A DNA stretch of 59,316 bases, the filler included, from Sphacelaria rigidula (Eukaryota), in the NCBI GenBank assembly GCA_964200075.2. It is 8 parts of 8 records of this genome, joined end to end, with 100 filler letters (N's around TTAATTAATTAA, not from the genome) between each part and the next. Parts side by side here need not be neighbours in the genome. Positions count along the whole stretch, not along the records: positions 22,284 to 29,610 come from CAXNAA020015426.1; positions 29,711 to 37,037 come from CAXNAA020015427.1; 6 more parts are not named here. One strand, given 5' to 3'. How positions within the stretch are numbered: the stretch's first letter is position 1; every line of letters begins with the position of its first letter. The notes under the pieces were generated by a model, which did not search any database, was not told the origin of the DNA, and saw nothing but the letters and a program-made list of their open reading frames with translations. This document shows, one piece after another, positions 23,506 through 37,137 of this stretch. The position numbers and the translations under genes were made by a program.

Positions 23506-25469
23506 TCCTTTCTCCTGCACGATATTATTGGTCAACCTCTCGAACCCGTGGTCACATAATACGCAGGCTCGTTTCTCCATTACCGCCCCTGCTGTTCGTT
23601 CACGAAGAGTCCTCGTCACTTTTTGTCAGGCTTCAGACTATTTACCATGGTTGCTTATTATTCTAGAGTATGCGTATATATGGGATATGTATATAGTACA
23701 TAAGAATGAAGGTGTGTATATTGTTTTCCCATTTTGTCCAAAAAATACAACCCAACCATCCAACCGTCCATCCTCAATCAATCTTTAACTAGTTACTTTG
23801 TTTGTTTATTTATTTATTTATTATATTTCGCGTCTCCTATTTGACAATAACAAACATTATAATGGGTTACCACTCAATCATTTCCGTCTGAGACTGCAGA
23901 GCCGGAACTACCAGGTAATACGAAAGTATTGTCCTTACACTATATGACATACCGTGTCGCATCCAGCACCCATACCTGAACTGGGTATATTATTATACAG
24001 GGCGCCGTCACAAGCTTCAAGCTTTCGTTGTGAGGTCATCATTGATGAGCAGTGCGAGTCTGAGAAACTATAATAAGCTATTGCACGTAGGAAAAACAAC
24101 GAGAAAAAAAGTCACGCCGCCATTCGCGCATGCACCCCATCGGTTTCACCACCCAAAAGCTCACGGACACATCTTTCTGGTTTCTGGTTTCTGGTTTCTG
24201 TACCACCCTGGAGACATCGGATATTCCGTGACCGACTCAACGCAGAAGATCGCTGGTCAATCTTACCACCCTTGATTTCTGGGTTTCACCTTTAGTTTGG
24301 ACGAGATTCAGGACAACAACAAGAGTTTGGCCCAGATTTGGTTTTGAATCTACTCGTTACTGACGAGCTTCCTCTTCATTTCGGTCGCTGGCAGATACAA
24401 CGACACCGACAAGCTACTGCGCTACCGACTGGGCTGTAAGGTGAGCCTGGCCAACTACAAGTAGGCATAGATGCGATGGTATGTGTGGGCTGTAAGGTGA
24501 TACGATATACGCTCGAAGTTCGCCTTTTTGTCAGTTGTACAATCAAGGAAGGTTGGGTCTGTTTTTCGAATACATGACAGGGCAGTCATTTTGGCCATTC
24601 AAAGTACGTTGTGGAATGTCGGCAATCTCTTGAAAAACAGGCTTATTCGAAATGCTGTAGAAAAATCAGTATGTTTATACTTGAGTTCAGTTCAAAAACG
24701 CGTCTTGGAGGCATGTTTTGTAAGTGGGGATCAGATTGCACAGTCCGTACAACAGTGGGGTGTGTGAAATAGTGATGCGTGTCGTCGCCAGGTTGTGTGC
24801 TGGCGTATCTCCGAGATTTGGGGGGGGGGGGAGGTCTGGTGAGAACACGGATATTTTGATGTTCCCCATACCCGTCCCTTTCTCGTTTTTCTTGTCTTCA
24901 ACAAAATATGTGTTGCAACACGAAACGTGCACATTGGAATTTGGATGTCGCACCCTCTTGTGTTCACAGATCAGACCCCCCCCTCACGGGTGGTTGCGCT
25001 GGTTGGTCATGGTTTCGGCACCTGCGGATCGCTTCAAATGTGCGAACAAAATAGACCCCGATGAGCGCGTCATCTCACCCGATAGCCTGTGGAGGCCTCG
25101 CTTCTTTTGCCCCCCTTCGACAGGCATAATGCATAATGTTTCCCCGGTGGCCCTTACACGATGATGGGTGGGCACGGGTGGAGCGAAAGCAAACCAGCGC
25201 TCTCCCGCGATATGGTGATATGATCGTCAATTATGTTGTCAGCCGCCGATACTGTTGTTTATTTTTACTGTCTTCACATGATACGAATCACTTCATCGAC
25301 TCCCGCCTCTACGCGCGCACCTACCTCCCAGCTCGTATGTGGAACTCACACGTCTTCCAAGATTTTAATTCATTGCTCAGGGCGATGTGTACAATACAGC
25401 CCCTAGTTATACGCTGGCCATGCCCCTAAGCAATCATCACTCCCACTTTGTGCAAATTCACGCCATCAT

Positions 25470-25712
25470 CTGTGTGTTGCCGTCCCATTTATTCTGGGCG
25501 CCAGTCTACCCCCTTCAGGATATGTGGGCGCATCAGCCGGGGTCAGACAGGAGGAAGGTCAACACAGGAGCTTTTTCTTTTTTATTTGGTTTTAGCACTC
25601 CACCTTCCTTCTGCGGTGCTTGCCTTCTTTTTATTTTTGATCGCGAGAGGGGTTCAGCAGTCCCTTTCCCTCGTCGACCGTTAAGTCGAATTTTGTATAC
25701 CCACGACTACAA
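25470..25712 (-). mobile_element. 5'-truncated SINE copy
   Basis: GTCCCATTTATTCTGG...CCCTTTCCCTCGTCGACC...CCCACGAC. Confidence 0.8.
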
Positions 25713-26379
25713 CGAGTCATATTTCCGTTTTGCCGTTGTGGTGTGGTAACTGCCCGTCGCCTCGGCGTTTTTGAATTGGCATCATGTTGACTTGAACTTG
25801 GACATGAATGTTTGATGCATGTGCGGCGGCGATCGAAGGAGTGGCGCAAGGCTTCGGATTGGTTTCTTCATCTCACAAAACAAACGTTTAATTCAACATC
25901 AAATATATTCATCAATAGGTGACATCAACATTACTGTGTGCGGTTGGTGTCAATCATCATGCTGTCTGCAGCGCGCTCTGTACCGTTGCCAATAACAGCT
26001 GCTTGTGCCCATATCGAAGTCTTGACCCGTGACGATCAAATGTGTCCCGGACTGAACTACTGAAATACTGGCAGTTTCAATCGAAGAAACGGTATATAGA
26101 TATTGACATACTTCGTACAATATACCGTACTGTACCTTGTAGGCGGAGACCGTACACCATCTGTTCATCTTGGCGTATGACACGCCATAGACAACAGATA
26201 TATTCTCCGCTTTTACTTTCTTGTTTTTGCGTCCCTACCCCCGAGCAAATCACAGTCCAGTACACAACCGACAGAACACTTATGTACAGTTATTCTTGTG
26301 TACTGGTATGTTTGTACACGTCGTAGTAGACCCCACAAAATACAAAAGAAAAAGTGTGCAACCCTTCACCTGCCCAGGT

Positions 26380-26580
26380 TTGTTGTAAAGTGTACTATAA
26401 TATGAATATAGTAATAGTACATTTTGTACTGTATGAGCGTCGTCATTTCAAGTGACGCGGGTACTCACGATTGATACTGATTGGCTCATTCAGGTTTTAT
26501 TTCTTTTACATTCAACTGATGGTTCAGTTGGTCGGTCCATTTTCCCGATGTGAAGTACCCACAATCGGGCCCCATTGACA
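26380..26580. repeat. Dispersed repeat, homologous to about 42600-42790
   Basis: Shared GTCGTCATTTC.AGTGACGCG...GATTGATACTGATTGGCTCATT...GTCGGTCCATTTTCC. Confidence 0.75.
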
Positions 26581-27434
26581 GGCTCAACTGTGGAATGCAG
26601 TATTCATCACCCCCATGGACTTGGTATACCCGCTGCCCTCCTTGAATAGCACCCCGGAATGATGACATTTCGGTTATTTTGACACCATGTGGATGTCTAG
26701 GGTCCAGTAGAGATTCTTGCATTGTGCGGTGGGTCGCCAGCCTGCCAAAACCGTAGAATTACTTGACCTTAGTGTAGCGGATCAAAATGGTGCGGTGTGC
26801 ACTAGCAGGGAGGTGGTACCCCCACTGCACCATATCGAGGTACGCAGTATACCACCTCCCACCCCAAAATACCAGGCCCGGGTGATGACCGTTCAGGCTC
26901 GAAAAATTATGCCATGAATGTCTGGTACACCGTACACCGTAGGGTACGTGATGATGATTGATGCCTGTACGGTAAGGTCCGTCGCTCAGTAAGCTATTCA
27001 GTTTTTTTGTACAGACAGTACCGTATTCATGTCGTGTGTGTTATCTTCCCGTCTTGCACGTGCACCTCACACCTCACACATTTGTGGCTACGATACTGCT
27101 ACTGCAGCGGTTTCAGTTCGCCCTCGTCTGTTGCTATCCTTCGTTTGATGTGCCACAGTCAGTATTAGCAATCAGTTGATACAACGGCAATCCCGTCAAG
27201 TTTATCATAAAGGGCACTCCCCCTCCCCTCCCCCTCTTTTTTTACAAGGACAAGTGAGACGGATCAAGGTTGAAAAATCCTGCCCCGCCCGCCCGCCCGC
27301 CCGGTTGTTATCCTTCTATTTTCTCTCTCTATAATAGTCATGGGTGACAGTATGTGTGTTACTCGACCCGTCAGTTCCCGCAGTTTTGATATCAACGGAA
27401 CTCTACGAGATGAGACACTACTGTACACGCTTAA

Positions 27435-27701
27435 CCCTTCACGGGTCGGACGAGTGAGAGTGAGTTCGTCTGGAAATTACTTGATTTCAATGTAACTGAT
27501 TCGTACCGTATGAATCAATCCTTGGGCTTTGTTTCCAGCGTTGCAACTCAGCTACGCGCGGCCCAGGCGCGTGGAATGGCGCAGGAAAATTGCGTGGAGA
27601 CCTTTCTGACGAGCGTTCAACTTTTTTTCTCTTTCGAGCAATCAGGCTTGATAAATCGTGGATTCGGTGATTAGAACCGGCGATTATATGTCCTGACCGG
27701 G
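27435..27701. mobile_element. piggyBac-type MITE
   Basis: TTAA-CCCTTCACGGGTCGGAC...GTCCTGACCGGG-TTAA. Confidence 0.8.
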
Positions 27702-28286
27702 TTAACGCTTCGCACGTGTACATCCCCGCCTTGACCCCTACAGACAACGCGCTGCAACAAGCGCCTTCACTACAAAAGAGAGGAACGGAAACCCTCAACA
27801 ACAGCAGAAACGGAGGACAACATGCCTGTGATGCATGCTCGCCCCGGCCTGTTTGTCAAGGTGAGCGTGTTTCTGAGCATGGGCTGGAGCCTAGGGGGGT
27901 GCATTGTAGCTTGAGGGGTGATATGTTTCGAGTCTCAGCTTTTTTTTGCGCGCCAGCCGATGAGCTGGATCATGCTTCATGATCCTACATTTTGCTTTTT
28001 TTTTTAGAATAAGAAATATATACGTGTATATATATTATATCATCATCCGGCTGCCGTCTGAAGATACAACCTGTCTCCAACCCGATTTTACGTAGATATC
28101 TTGAAATACAATCTTACACACACAGTAGTAGGCTCGACTGTGTGCTTCGAGTTTGTGGGCAGGGTTGGTAAAAGGGTGGAGAAAAACAAGATAACATGAG
28201 TCTATACGGGACACCTTTGCGAGGACAATTTTTGTTGTTCCTTGTCCAGAAGACACTCCGTGCACAGCCGCCATGATCTCACCATG

Positions 28287-28661
28287 CGTATGTATGTGTG
28301 TGCGTGGGCTGACATCCCATTTATTCTGAATGTCGGTCTACATCTTTCGGCATGTGTGGGCGGATCAGCCAGGGTCACAGAGGAAGAAGTTCAGGGTAAG
28401 AGTTTTTTTCTCTCTTGTTAGTTTTAATTTTCCACCTTCCTTCTGCGGTGCTTGCCTTTATCGTTTATCGCGAAAGAGGTTTAGCAGTCCCTTTCCCTCG
28501 TCGACCATTAAGTCGAATTTGTGTATCCACGACATACAGTAGTCGCTCTCCACTGCAGGGCATTACGTGAGAAAAAATCCAAGATCGCTCCGAGGTTCGA
28601 ACCCACGACCCAACCGGCAGAAGTTTCCGAGGTTACCAGCTGAGCCACTGGGGCGACCGGC
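28287..28661 (-). mobile_element. Full-length tRNA-derived SINE (~370 bp)
   Basis: Minus strand: GCCGGTCGCCCCAG, A box TGGCTCAGCTGG, B box GGTTCGAACC, conserved body, AATAAATGGG and a CA-rich tail. Confidence 0.85.
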
Positions 28662-28807
28662 CTACCGTAGACTTATTATTATAACAGTAAATACTCCATA
28701 GAAAGAGAGAGGCTGAGATCGCCGGCAGTGCCACGCCAGCTTCAGCTTCACTCCCGCCGAAGCAGCCAAGGTAAGAGCATTGAACCTACGGCGTTTTCTT
28801 GGCGTTG

Positions 28808-29345
28808 TGTGTACGTGTGTTGCCATCCCATCATCCTGCACGCCAGTCTTCGACACCTGTTGGTGTTTTTGTGGGCGAATCAGCAGGGGTCACACACGCA
28901 GGAGTTTTTTGTACCCTTCGTTTGGTTTTCAGGACCCCGCCTTCTTTCTACGGTGCTTGCCCTTCCCTCTGCCGCGAGAAGGGCTGAGCGGTCCCTTTCC
29001 CCCGTCGACCGTGGAGTCGAACTCTGTGTGCCCACGACATGGTCGCTTTCCACTGTTAGACGCACGATGTGATGGAAAACAAATACAAATCGTGCGACTA
29101 CACCGAGAGTCGAACCCACGTACCAACCGTCAGAAGACTTCACACTCTGGATCATGGCTATATATGGTGAATAGATGCACTAGACAAGAAATGTACAGGG
29201 TACAGTGTGGGCCTATTGTAACTATTGACGACCAAAAACAGTTGCAAAAGGCTCATACTTTACCCAGTACATTTTTCGTCTATTGCATCTATTGACCCAT
29301 CTATTGTCGTTGTCCAGGGTGTGGAAGATTTCGAGGTTACCAACG
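28808..29345 (-). mobile_element. Diverged SINE copy interrupted by a hAT-type MITE
   Basis: Body homologous to 28287-28661; head split by 29141-29323. Confidence 0.7.
29141..29323. mobile_element. 183-bp hairpin hAT-type MITE
   Basis: CACACTCTGGA...TCCAGGGTGTG; 8-bp TSD GAAGACTT/GAAGATTT (one mismatch). Confidence 0.8.
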
Positions 29346-29504
29346 GAGTCTCCTGAGCATAACACAACTTATTCAAAAGTGAATTTGCGAGCTATCTTTG
29401 CTGATGGCCCGGTATTTTTGCGAACTTGATGAATCCGTGATAGACCAGTTGTTGTAATCAAGCCCTTGTACCGCCTAGCACTCACGTGAGTACATGAATA
29501 CGTA

Positions 29505-29568
29505 TTGCATGCATACATGCATACATACATACATACGTACATACGTACATACGTACATACGTACATAC
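29505..29568. repeat. CATA/CGTA tetranucleotide microsatellite
   Basis: Seen directly. Confidence 0.9.
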
Positions 29569-29610
29569 AACAGCGTTTTCGTGAGATTGAGAGTAGATGA
29601 TACGATTGAG

Positions 29611-29710
29611 NNNNNNNNNNNNNNNNNNNNNNNNNNNNNNNNNNNNNNNNNNNNTTAATTAATTAANNNNNNNNNNNNNNNNNNNNNNNNNNNNNNNNNN
29701 NNNNNNNNNN
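29611..29710. other. Artificial contig-joining spacer
   Basis: 44N-TTAATTAATTAA-44N. Confidence 0.98.
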
Positions 29711-30530
29711 GACAGACCGGAGCGGAGAGCGTACGTGTGTACGGGTTCGTTTTTCTCCATATTGAACGTCGCAAGACGAAGAGCACACTCTGCTACATTG
29801 TTGCTAGACGTCGCCAGATCTAACACAGCGTTAGACAACTCCTTCCAGTTGGACGGAGGAATTGAAGAACCGACCTTGTCGGACGTCTCGGTATTTACGA
29901 CGGATGACTGCCAGTCAATGCAACCAGACATGAGTTGTTGATACGTCATGGCTACAGGACCGTCAAGTGTCAAACTGAAACACCCGAACGTAATCTCATC
30001 ACCATATGATGGATCGTTTGGACGGACGGACTGGGCACGGAAACCTACGACGGTTCTATGATGGGTCAGTACCGATTGGACATCAACATCGTTAGAGTTC
30101 TCAATCTCGACACTACCAGACAGGCGGGGCAAGGGCTTGACGTCAGCCTGGGTAAGGGTCACAGTCTTCGGCTTGGGCATACAGACACTCGCGGAGTAAT
30201 TACTCGGACAGACGCGACAGGCTCTGAGACGACACTAGAGTTGGCACGACAGTGTGACTTTTGTGCCATACTTGCCAATTTAGTCGTGGGCGTTATCCTC
30301 CAGGCCGGCAGAGCTTATCCAGGCTTCCTGGAGTCCAGTATTGATACTTCGTCGAGAGTTTGCTGCATCTTCACCATGGTCGGGTGCGGCGTCTGGCACG
30401 AGGAGGCCAGGGCGTGTATCGGAGCTATTGTGGTCTTCAGGTCGCGGCCGAGGGTGTCGCTGTCTCTCATTCCTGATTATGGAATAGACGGCAGGGAGTT
30501 TTCGTTGGATTCCTCCACCCCGTCGTGACG
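29711..30530 (-). pseudogene. gag: Retrotransposon gag-like region, cut by the contig end
   Basis: FSLTLDGPVAMTYQQL...NWKELSNAVLDL...LATFNMEKNEPVHTYALR resembles a retrotransposon gag; upstream part disrupted; lies downstream of an LTR-like unit. Confidence 0.6.
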
Positions 30531-30633
30531 TGGAGCAGAGGGATGATCTTCCCGACCAAAAGGCATGCTCGACAACGCTTGCTAGCGTGTGAGGACAGAC
30601 AGGTTCGGATGAGAATAAACGTCGACGCCGATA

Positions 30634-30939
30634 TGTTTTATACACGGTAGGGTACCGCCGAAGGGTTATGAGCCCTTGCCTCTCTGTGCTCTGTCGACTA
30701 AGCTGCAAGATGGTTGCGTTGAGGACAAGTGCTCTGGAGAGCAATTAATGTCGTTGTCTCACGTACCCCACCCATCTGGTTTATACATGATACGATACGG
30801 CCAGAGGGATATGAGACTTGCCTCTCAGCGGACGGCAGAGTGCTCTGTCGATTAAGCTGTAAGACGATTGCGTTAAGGACACGTGCTTCGGAGGGCAACT
30901 CATGTCGTTGTCATACGTTCACTATCCACCTAAAAGACA
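30634..30939 (-). repeat. Probable 5' LTR with internal ~100-bp direct duplication
   Basis: TG...CA termini with an imperfect inverted repeat (TGTTTTATA / TAAAAGACA); duplicated GTGCTCTGTCGA.TAAGCTG block. Confidence 0.55.
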
Positions 30940-30999
30940 TCTGATCTATCAGTAGCAGTTCGAATTGCCAACCCTACCATAGACGTCAGCAGAAGAACT

Positions 31000-33900
31000 T
31001 AGCCGCGCACGATCTGAATTTGAAGGCCACCTTCCGAAGCGTTCAATGATACTCCGCTTACTACCGAAAGCATCTGTCCTGGAACTCTGCGCTAAATTTT
31101 GGCCCGGTTTTTCCCTTATCTATGTCCGAGTTGGGTCGCTGCATCATCGCAGTGGCAATAACTTCTCCAGTATCCCCAGACGAGTGGTAAATAGCCCCCC
31201 GCGCCCTAATCCACGTACGTCTGCTGTCGTTGACGAATGTGTTCACGACATACTTGAATGGGACATACCGAAGAACGACCAAGCCCATGGGGGAGTCAAT
31301 GCACTACTGTCGCTAAACGCAGTGACAGTCCACGTTATTGTGTTGATTATCGTCACACCCTTAACCGCTATATTGTCTGCAAGAGTTGGCCCATGCCAAA
31401 TCTTGAATCCTCGATGGACGCAGTCGGTGGAGTTGATACATCTCAGTCTGCGACGTACCCAGCGCGTTCTGGTAGATCCCGGTGGCCAGGGAACAAGTGG
31501 GACGAACAGCATTCGTCACACCACCTGGCAAGTACTGCTTGAAACATATACCGTTTGGAGTTTGTGAGGCGCCAAATGAATTTTCCAGCAAATTTGTCTA
31601 TGGCTCTCGGTCATCTTGGCCCAGAAGCTGATGTTCCTTGCGTACACGGATGACGTGATTTGTATCAGCCCCACGTTCGAAACTCACCCTCGATTCTTTT
31701 TACGATAGCCTCCCCCTCAAACCAGCCCAAAAAACCAGCCTGAAACTGTCACGAAAGAAATGGTCCTACAGCGCCTGCTGTTTGGTTCCAGGCTGCATGA
31801 AGCGCCTCGTACGGGCGACATTGGCTAAAAGCAACCCAAGGTGGGAATTCCCAGCTGCTCGCTGTGCTCGGCTTTTTTCATTTCAACTTACGTGTGGGTT
31901 TCGCCTCCCGCCTCCCAAAACCAGTCACTTCCTCGTGGGGCCTATCGTAGAAAGTGTCCGTCAATCCTTAGAGTGAGTGTTCTCAGCTTTACAGGCAGCG
32001 CTCTTAACTCTGAAACCATCGAAAGTTAAGTTTTACGAAGAAGAAAATTGAGTATCTCGGCCATGCCATCTCCGAAAAAGGTGGTACCGTCAGCACCGAC
32101 TGCATCGAAGCCATTCGAAACAATGCCAACGCCTACATGCATCAAAGACCCCGTATCCGTCTTGGGCATACTTAGCGTTGTCCGGCGTTTTGGTCAAGGG
32201 TTATGCTGATTTTTTTCTGCCCCTCTAGCCGATCTCAGTCGAACAGACTTTGTCCTCAAAAGGAATATCAAGCCGCGTGAGGTCCGGATCAAAGACGCAG
32301 CCTCTGCGAAAATCAAGTACGTGCTGGCCTCTGCTCCTGTCCTACACTTTCCAGATTTTTAAAAATAATTTGTAGTTCACACCGATTCTGCAGAACTTGG
32401 CGTGGGAGTTGTTTGGGCCCAACTACGCACGGATAGTGTCGACGGAAAAGAAGTCGCTATGGCCGCGTATTTTAGCAGGCGCTTCTCAAAAAGCCAACGC
32501 CACTATAGCCCAACAATGAAAGAGTGTCTTGCTGTCGTTTGGTCGTTTGTCCATTGGTGCCCATATGTATGAGGTCGCCACTTCATCTGTCATACCGACC
32601 ACTAAGCTCTAACCTACTTGTACCACATGCAAGATACGTCCAACATATTAACAGGTTGGACAACGGCACTTCAATTTTTCGATTTCACCGTGAAGCATGT
32701 ACCCGTTAGACTAAATGTTGTACCCGACGCACTGTCTCATCTTTTTGGGGAAGTAAAATGTGAGGAAATACCTTCCGAACCTATATTTGCGTCAATCTGT
32801 CGAAATGTCAGAACATAATCCATTTCACCCGCCCACCCCCCGTGAATAGACGTGTCCCCCTATAACTTAGACGAGATGAGTACCTATCGAAAGTGACACC
32901 GTGATTTTTTTTCACGAACTTTGTGTCCGTTTTTCCTGTTGTCGATTCTGTAAAAGGACTCGACCAAAAGAAACAAGAATTCGGTCAACATTTTGACTTT
33001 CTCACTGAGTCCCACTCAGCTCCTGTTCCGCTCCAGCAATCGAGATCAAGTGTGAGAATTTTTTCCCTTCACGATGGATTACTTTGTCGCTCCTACCGCC
33101 CTGGCCACTTACGCCGGCGCGGGGATTCCCGCGATCAGTTAGTAGTGCCCGCGTCATTGCGGAAACTTGTCATAAACGCATGGCATGACTTACTCTCTAC
33201 TGGTGGTCATTCAGCCTTTCAAAGTTACCCTTGACAAATCACGTGATCGATGCTGGTGGCCCACCATGCATACCGATGTACGCGCCGTGTCAACAGCTGT
33301 GTATCCTGTCAGCACCGTGAAGCCTCTCATCGTCCGCCCGCTTCACCTGTCGGGCACCATCCTGTCGACCGCTCGTTTCAATGCGCGGCCGTAGATCTAG
33401 CCGAGTGCAGAGCAAACGCCAAGGCAATCGCTACATCCTCTCTGTGATCGATTCACCTCACTAGATTTGTCGTGTCGGTAGCTGTCAAGAACAAGGAAGC
33501 TACAAGTGTTATCCGAAAACTTGTCGAACGTGTTTTTTCCCACATTCGGAGCACCTGAAACACAGCGCCCTGACCGAGGAAGTGATTTTTGAGAACTAGC
33601 TAGTCAAAGAATTATAATCAGTCTTTGAGCACAAGAAAACACGTACCGCGCCGCGCACACAAGAATATTGTGTGTGAGAGCGTGTTCGCAGCGCTGTCCA
33701 CAACATGCTTGTCATGTACAGACACCTACTGGCTTGCGATAATTGGGCCGAGTTGCTACCTTTTGTTCAACTTGCGCACAATACGGCGAAGTCATCAACG
33801 CTTGAGGAAACCCCTTCGATATTCAATGTTTGGTCGCGCAGCCGTTTTTCTTGTCGATTTCATTCTTGGCGTTCCAGCCATATCTGCACCACAACCACGA

Positions 33901-34357
33901 CGTGATTACCCTCGTCAAACTGTCCATAACTTACAACTGGCCTGCAAGCTGGCCCGTCGCAATCTTAAAGAGAAAGCGGAGATGCAAACGGTCGCCAATA
34001 AGAAGCTGTCGTTCCCAAGCTTTAAATCAGGCGATAAAGTGTTAATACATCGTCCGTATAATAAAACAAACGCCCTCAACCCTAAGCTTCACAGCCCATG
34101 GCATGGCCCATATTTTGTTCGAAGGCAACTGTCACCAAACACCTTTCGAGTCAGTACATCTAGTGATCCGGCGGAAGCCACTGTCCATCTTGGTCGCATG
34201 AAAAAATGCAATGGTCCAACGTCATTCCTGTCCCCGACCTTGAAGCGCTCGATGACAGGTTTTTAGGAACGGCTCTCCCCGTTCCAGACCTCGATGGTTC
34301 AGTGCACAAGTTTATGTTGGGACTCTATGTAGTGAAGTACATTGATGGTCACAAGTA
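31000..34357 (+). pseudogene. pol: Highly decayed Ty3/gypsy pol (RT, RNase H, integrase, start of chromodomain)
   Basis: SPWGS...RYCVDYR, AFVTPPGKY...PFG, AYTDDVI, VHTDS, YFSRRFSKSQRHYS, H..GGH...CVSCQH, WHGPY, YVVKYIDGHK; many frameshifts and stops. Confidence 0.88.
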
Positions 34358-35602
34358 ACCCAGGCGCCCGTGGACCGATCAATGTCCCAGTGCCCAGTCA
34401 TGCGTGCCAGCAGATGCAACCAACACCAAAGTGCAAATACATGTAATGGAAACATGTCATATTTGACACAGCTACATGACAGAGAAAACTAAAATTAAAG
34501 GATTTGCAATACATGCACTGTTACTGACCACAGGTGGCTGAAATTTACTGGGGGTGTTTACCCAATACCACAGTATAGGGAAGGGCTGCCTTTGCGATTA
34601 GCGGTGGCGTGACTCAATCAATGACTGTCACTCATCGACACTTCCACGATTATATCATCAGTGAGGCTGATGATCGCGTCATCCCACCAGCCACAGTCCT
34701 GATGGGCTTGAAGCGCATAAAGGGAGGGGAAATGTGGAAGACACCTCTTTGCAGCAGGTACGTGAGTTTACCGTATGTATAGCTTCATGTGGGTATGTGT
34801 CCATTGAATCGACACAGATGCATGCACACTGAGGAGAGTTAAGTTCTGGGTATCACCCCCTGTCGGTACATCTTAGAAACATTATGCACATGTCGAAAAT
34901 AAAGTTCAGAAGAAACTGCAATAAGAAGTTACGGGCTGACTTGTACAGTGTTGAAAGATACGTCCTGAGTAGCGCCGTGTCAAATCGTCATTCCCATCGC
35001 TGTAGTGTATGGCCACCAGCGTCTTCGGGACCTTGACGTGTGATTTCCTCTCTGTTTTTCTTGTTGTTGTTGTTGTTGTTGTTGTATGTGGTGCATTTCA
35101 AGTGACAAGTGAAGAGGGATTGTACGGTAGGGGTGCACTTCTAGTCCGATCTTTTTGAGGCTGCATACTGAGACCCAGATGTTTGTTGTCGAGAGGCTTT
35201 TGAAGTGTAGAGCCCCGGAAAAAAATTGTTAACTCCTACCGCAGAACCACCCTGATTATTCAATCAACGGCGTACGAATTATTGTGCGCACGTAGAACCT
35301 TGGATCACATGTGAAATACATTATCATAGTAAAACAACTCACACACCGGCGGTGTACTGCAGTACGTATTCCTGTGGCGCTCACCGACTACAACACATCA
35401 AACGATTGTTGCAATGCCAGAGTCAGCATTACGACCCCGTTCACGAGTGAGTGACCTAGTGCCCACAAAAATTGATTCTTCACCAGAAGAAGGGCACGGA
35501 CATGACCACACAGCTAACCATGAAACGTCGAATAACGTGTGAAGATTCGGCCCAGAGAGTGATAACACTCATGCTTTGATTTTTTAATGGCAACATTATT
35601 AG

Positions 35603-36076
35603 GCCTTCACCCGGGGGGTCCGAATGACAAAAGTGTCATATTTTCATATATTTTCCTATTTTTCGTCTTACAAATGATACTTCTTGAGATTCACGTGACG
35701 ATATGAAATTGTCGCATGTATCGCCCAAAATTGCAATGTTTCTGTCATTAAAAGTCGAGTGCAACCAGTAACCATTAGTAGCGACAGATTACCTTCTCAA
35801 GAGTCAAGCAGTTTACATGCTTGAGATTCTGATGAGAATTGATCATAATTCTGTATTCATGTGTTGATCAGGTCATGCTTGAGTCACACACACACATATA
35901 TATATATATATATTATTGCCATACTTGCGCCATGTGTCAACGTTTTGCGTTGTCATATTTGCGTCATACACATCCCGTGCTTTCTTGTCATTATATGTCA
36001 CTAACATTTTGGGTCACACGATAATCAAACGTGCTGTCATACATCACGGAGTTAAATGGTCCTGCCGGGTAAAGGC
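35603..36076. mobile_element. piggyBac-type MITE
   Basis: TTAG-GCCTTCACCCGG...CCGGGTAAAGGC-TTAA (left target site one base off TTAA). Confidence 0.6.
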
Positions 36077-37037
36077 TTAAATAGCACTGCACCAGCCAAA
36101 CGCAAGCGTTTTGTTTCGTTGTGTGTTCATGAAAGTACTTGAAATACAACTACACGAATAGGAGACAAGAGCCTGTTCTGCCCATGTGTGTAATTCCCGT
36201 ACAGAGCTAGGCGCAAAACGCTAGCCATAGATTTGGGTAGGTGGCCGAGCCATGCACAGTGAAAAGATGTGCTCTCCACCATGTTTCGTCGTTTATTCCA
36301 ATCACTCGTCGCGTGGCCGCGCCGAATGGTTGTGAAGGGCGAACGCGCAACGAAGTAGTGCCTGCAGCAAACAAGGGAGGATGATACCTCGCGGGGATAG
36401 GAATAATCAAAATCGATATCTATCGCGGAGACGGCGATGATGTCTAGCTAGTGACACCGACCCCTGTGTCATTCAATAGGGTTCCGTCGAGATTGGTCCT
36501 GCTCTACACGGAGCTATTACGCTCACAGCGTAAATAGTGTCTTCTCTGTTGCGAACCTCGAATTGGAAGAAGATCGGCAGGGGGTGTTATCTACCATAAT
36601 ATATGGTATCCTTGTGTTGCGCTTAGTACGTCGGAACGGACGGTCAGCTTCCGACAAAAAGCCAAGAACATTCGATCCGAACGGTGACTAAATACGGGCA
36701 CCAGCACAAGATGTTCATATCGATTTGAGCGGCTCGACCGGGCATTTTACCCGCCCCATCTGTCCGATACAAGCGAAGCACATCGTCTTCCTCCAAAACG
36801 CACCCCATTTTTACGCGCAGCATTGGTGTGTTGTTGCGGAAGTAATCCTTATTTACAGTCATTCCGATACTGGTCGCCAACGGTGCTATTCTACTGTAAC
36901 CGCTATCACCACCCCGACCACCACAACAGCAGATGCTACGATTACGCTCCTAGAGCACTATGACCACAACTAACAGCCGATTTTCGAAAATGGGGTTGAA
37001 AAAATAAATGAGGTTCAACTCAGAAGCCGTGCTTTCC

Positions 37038-37137
37038 NNNNNNNNNNNNNNNNNNNNNNNNNNNNNNNNNNNNNNNNNNNNTTAATTAATTAANNNNNNN
37101 NNNNNNNNNNNNNNNNNNNNNNNNNNNNNNNNNNNNN
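37038..37137. other. Artificial contig-joining spacer
   Basis: 44N-TTAATTAATTAA-44N. Confidence 0.98.

Noticed and set aside
28575..28661. tRNA gene
   Set aside because: A and B boxes are present but there is no convincing cloverleaf, and the head is always attached to the same repeat body, so it is a SINE head
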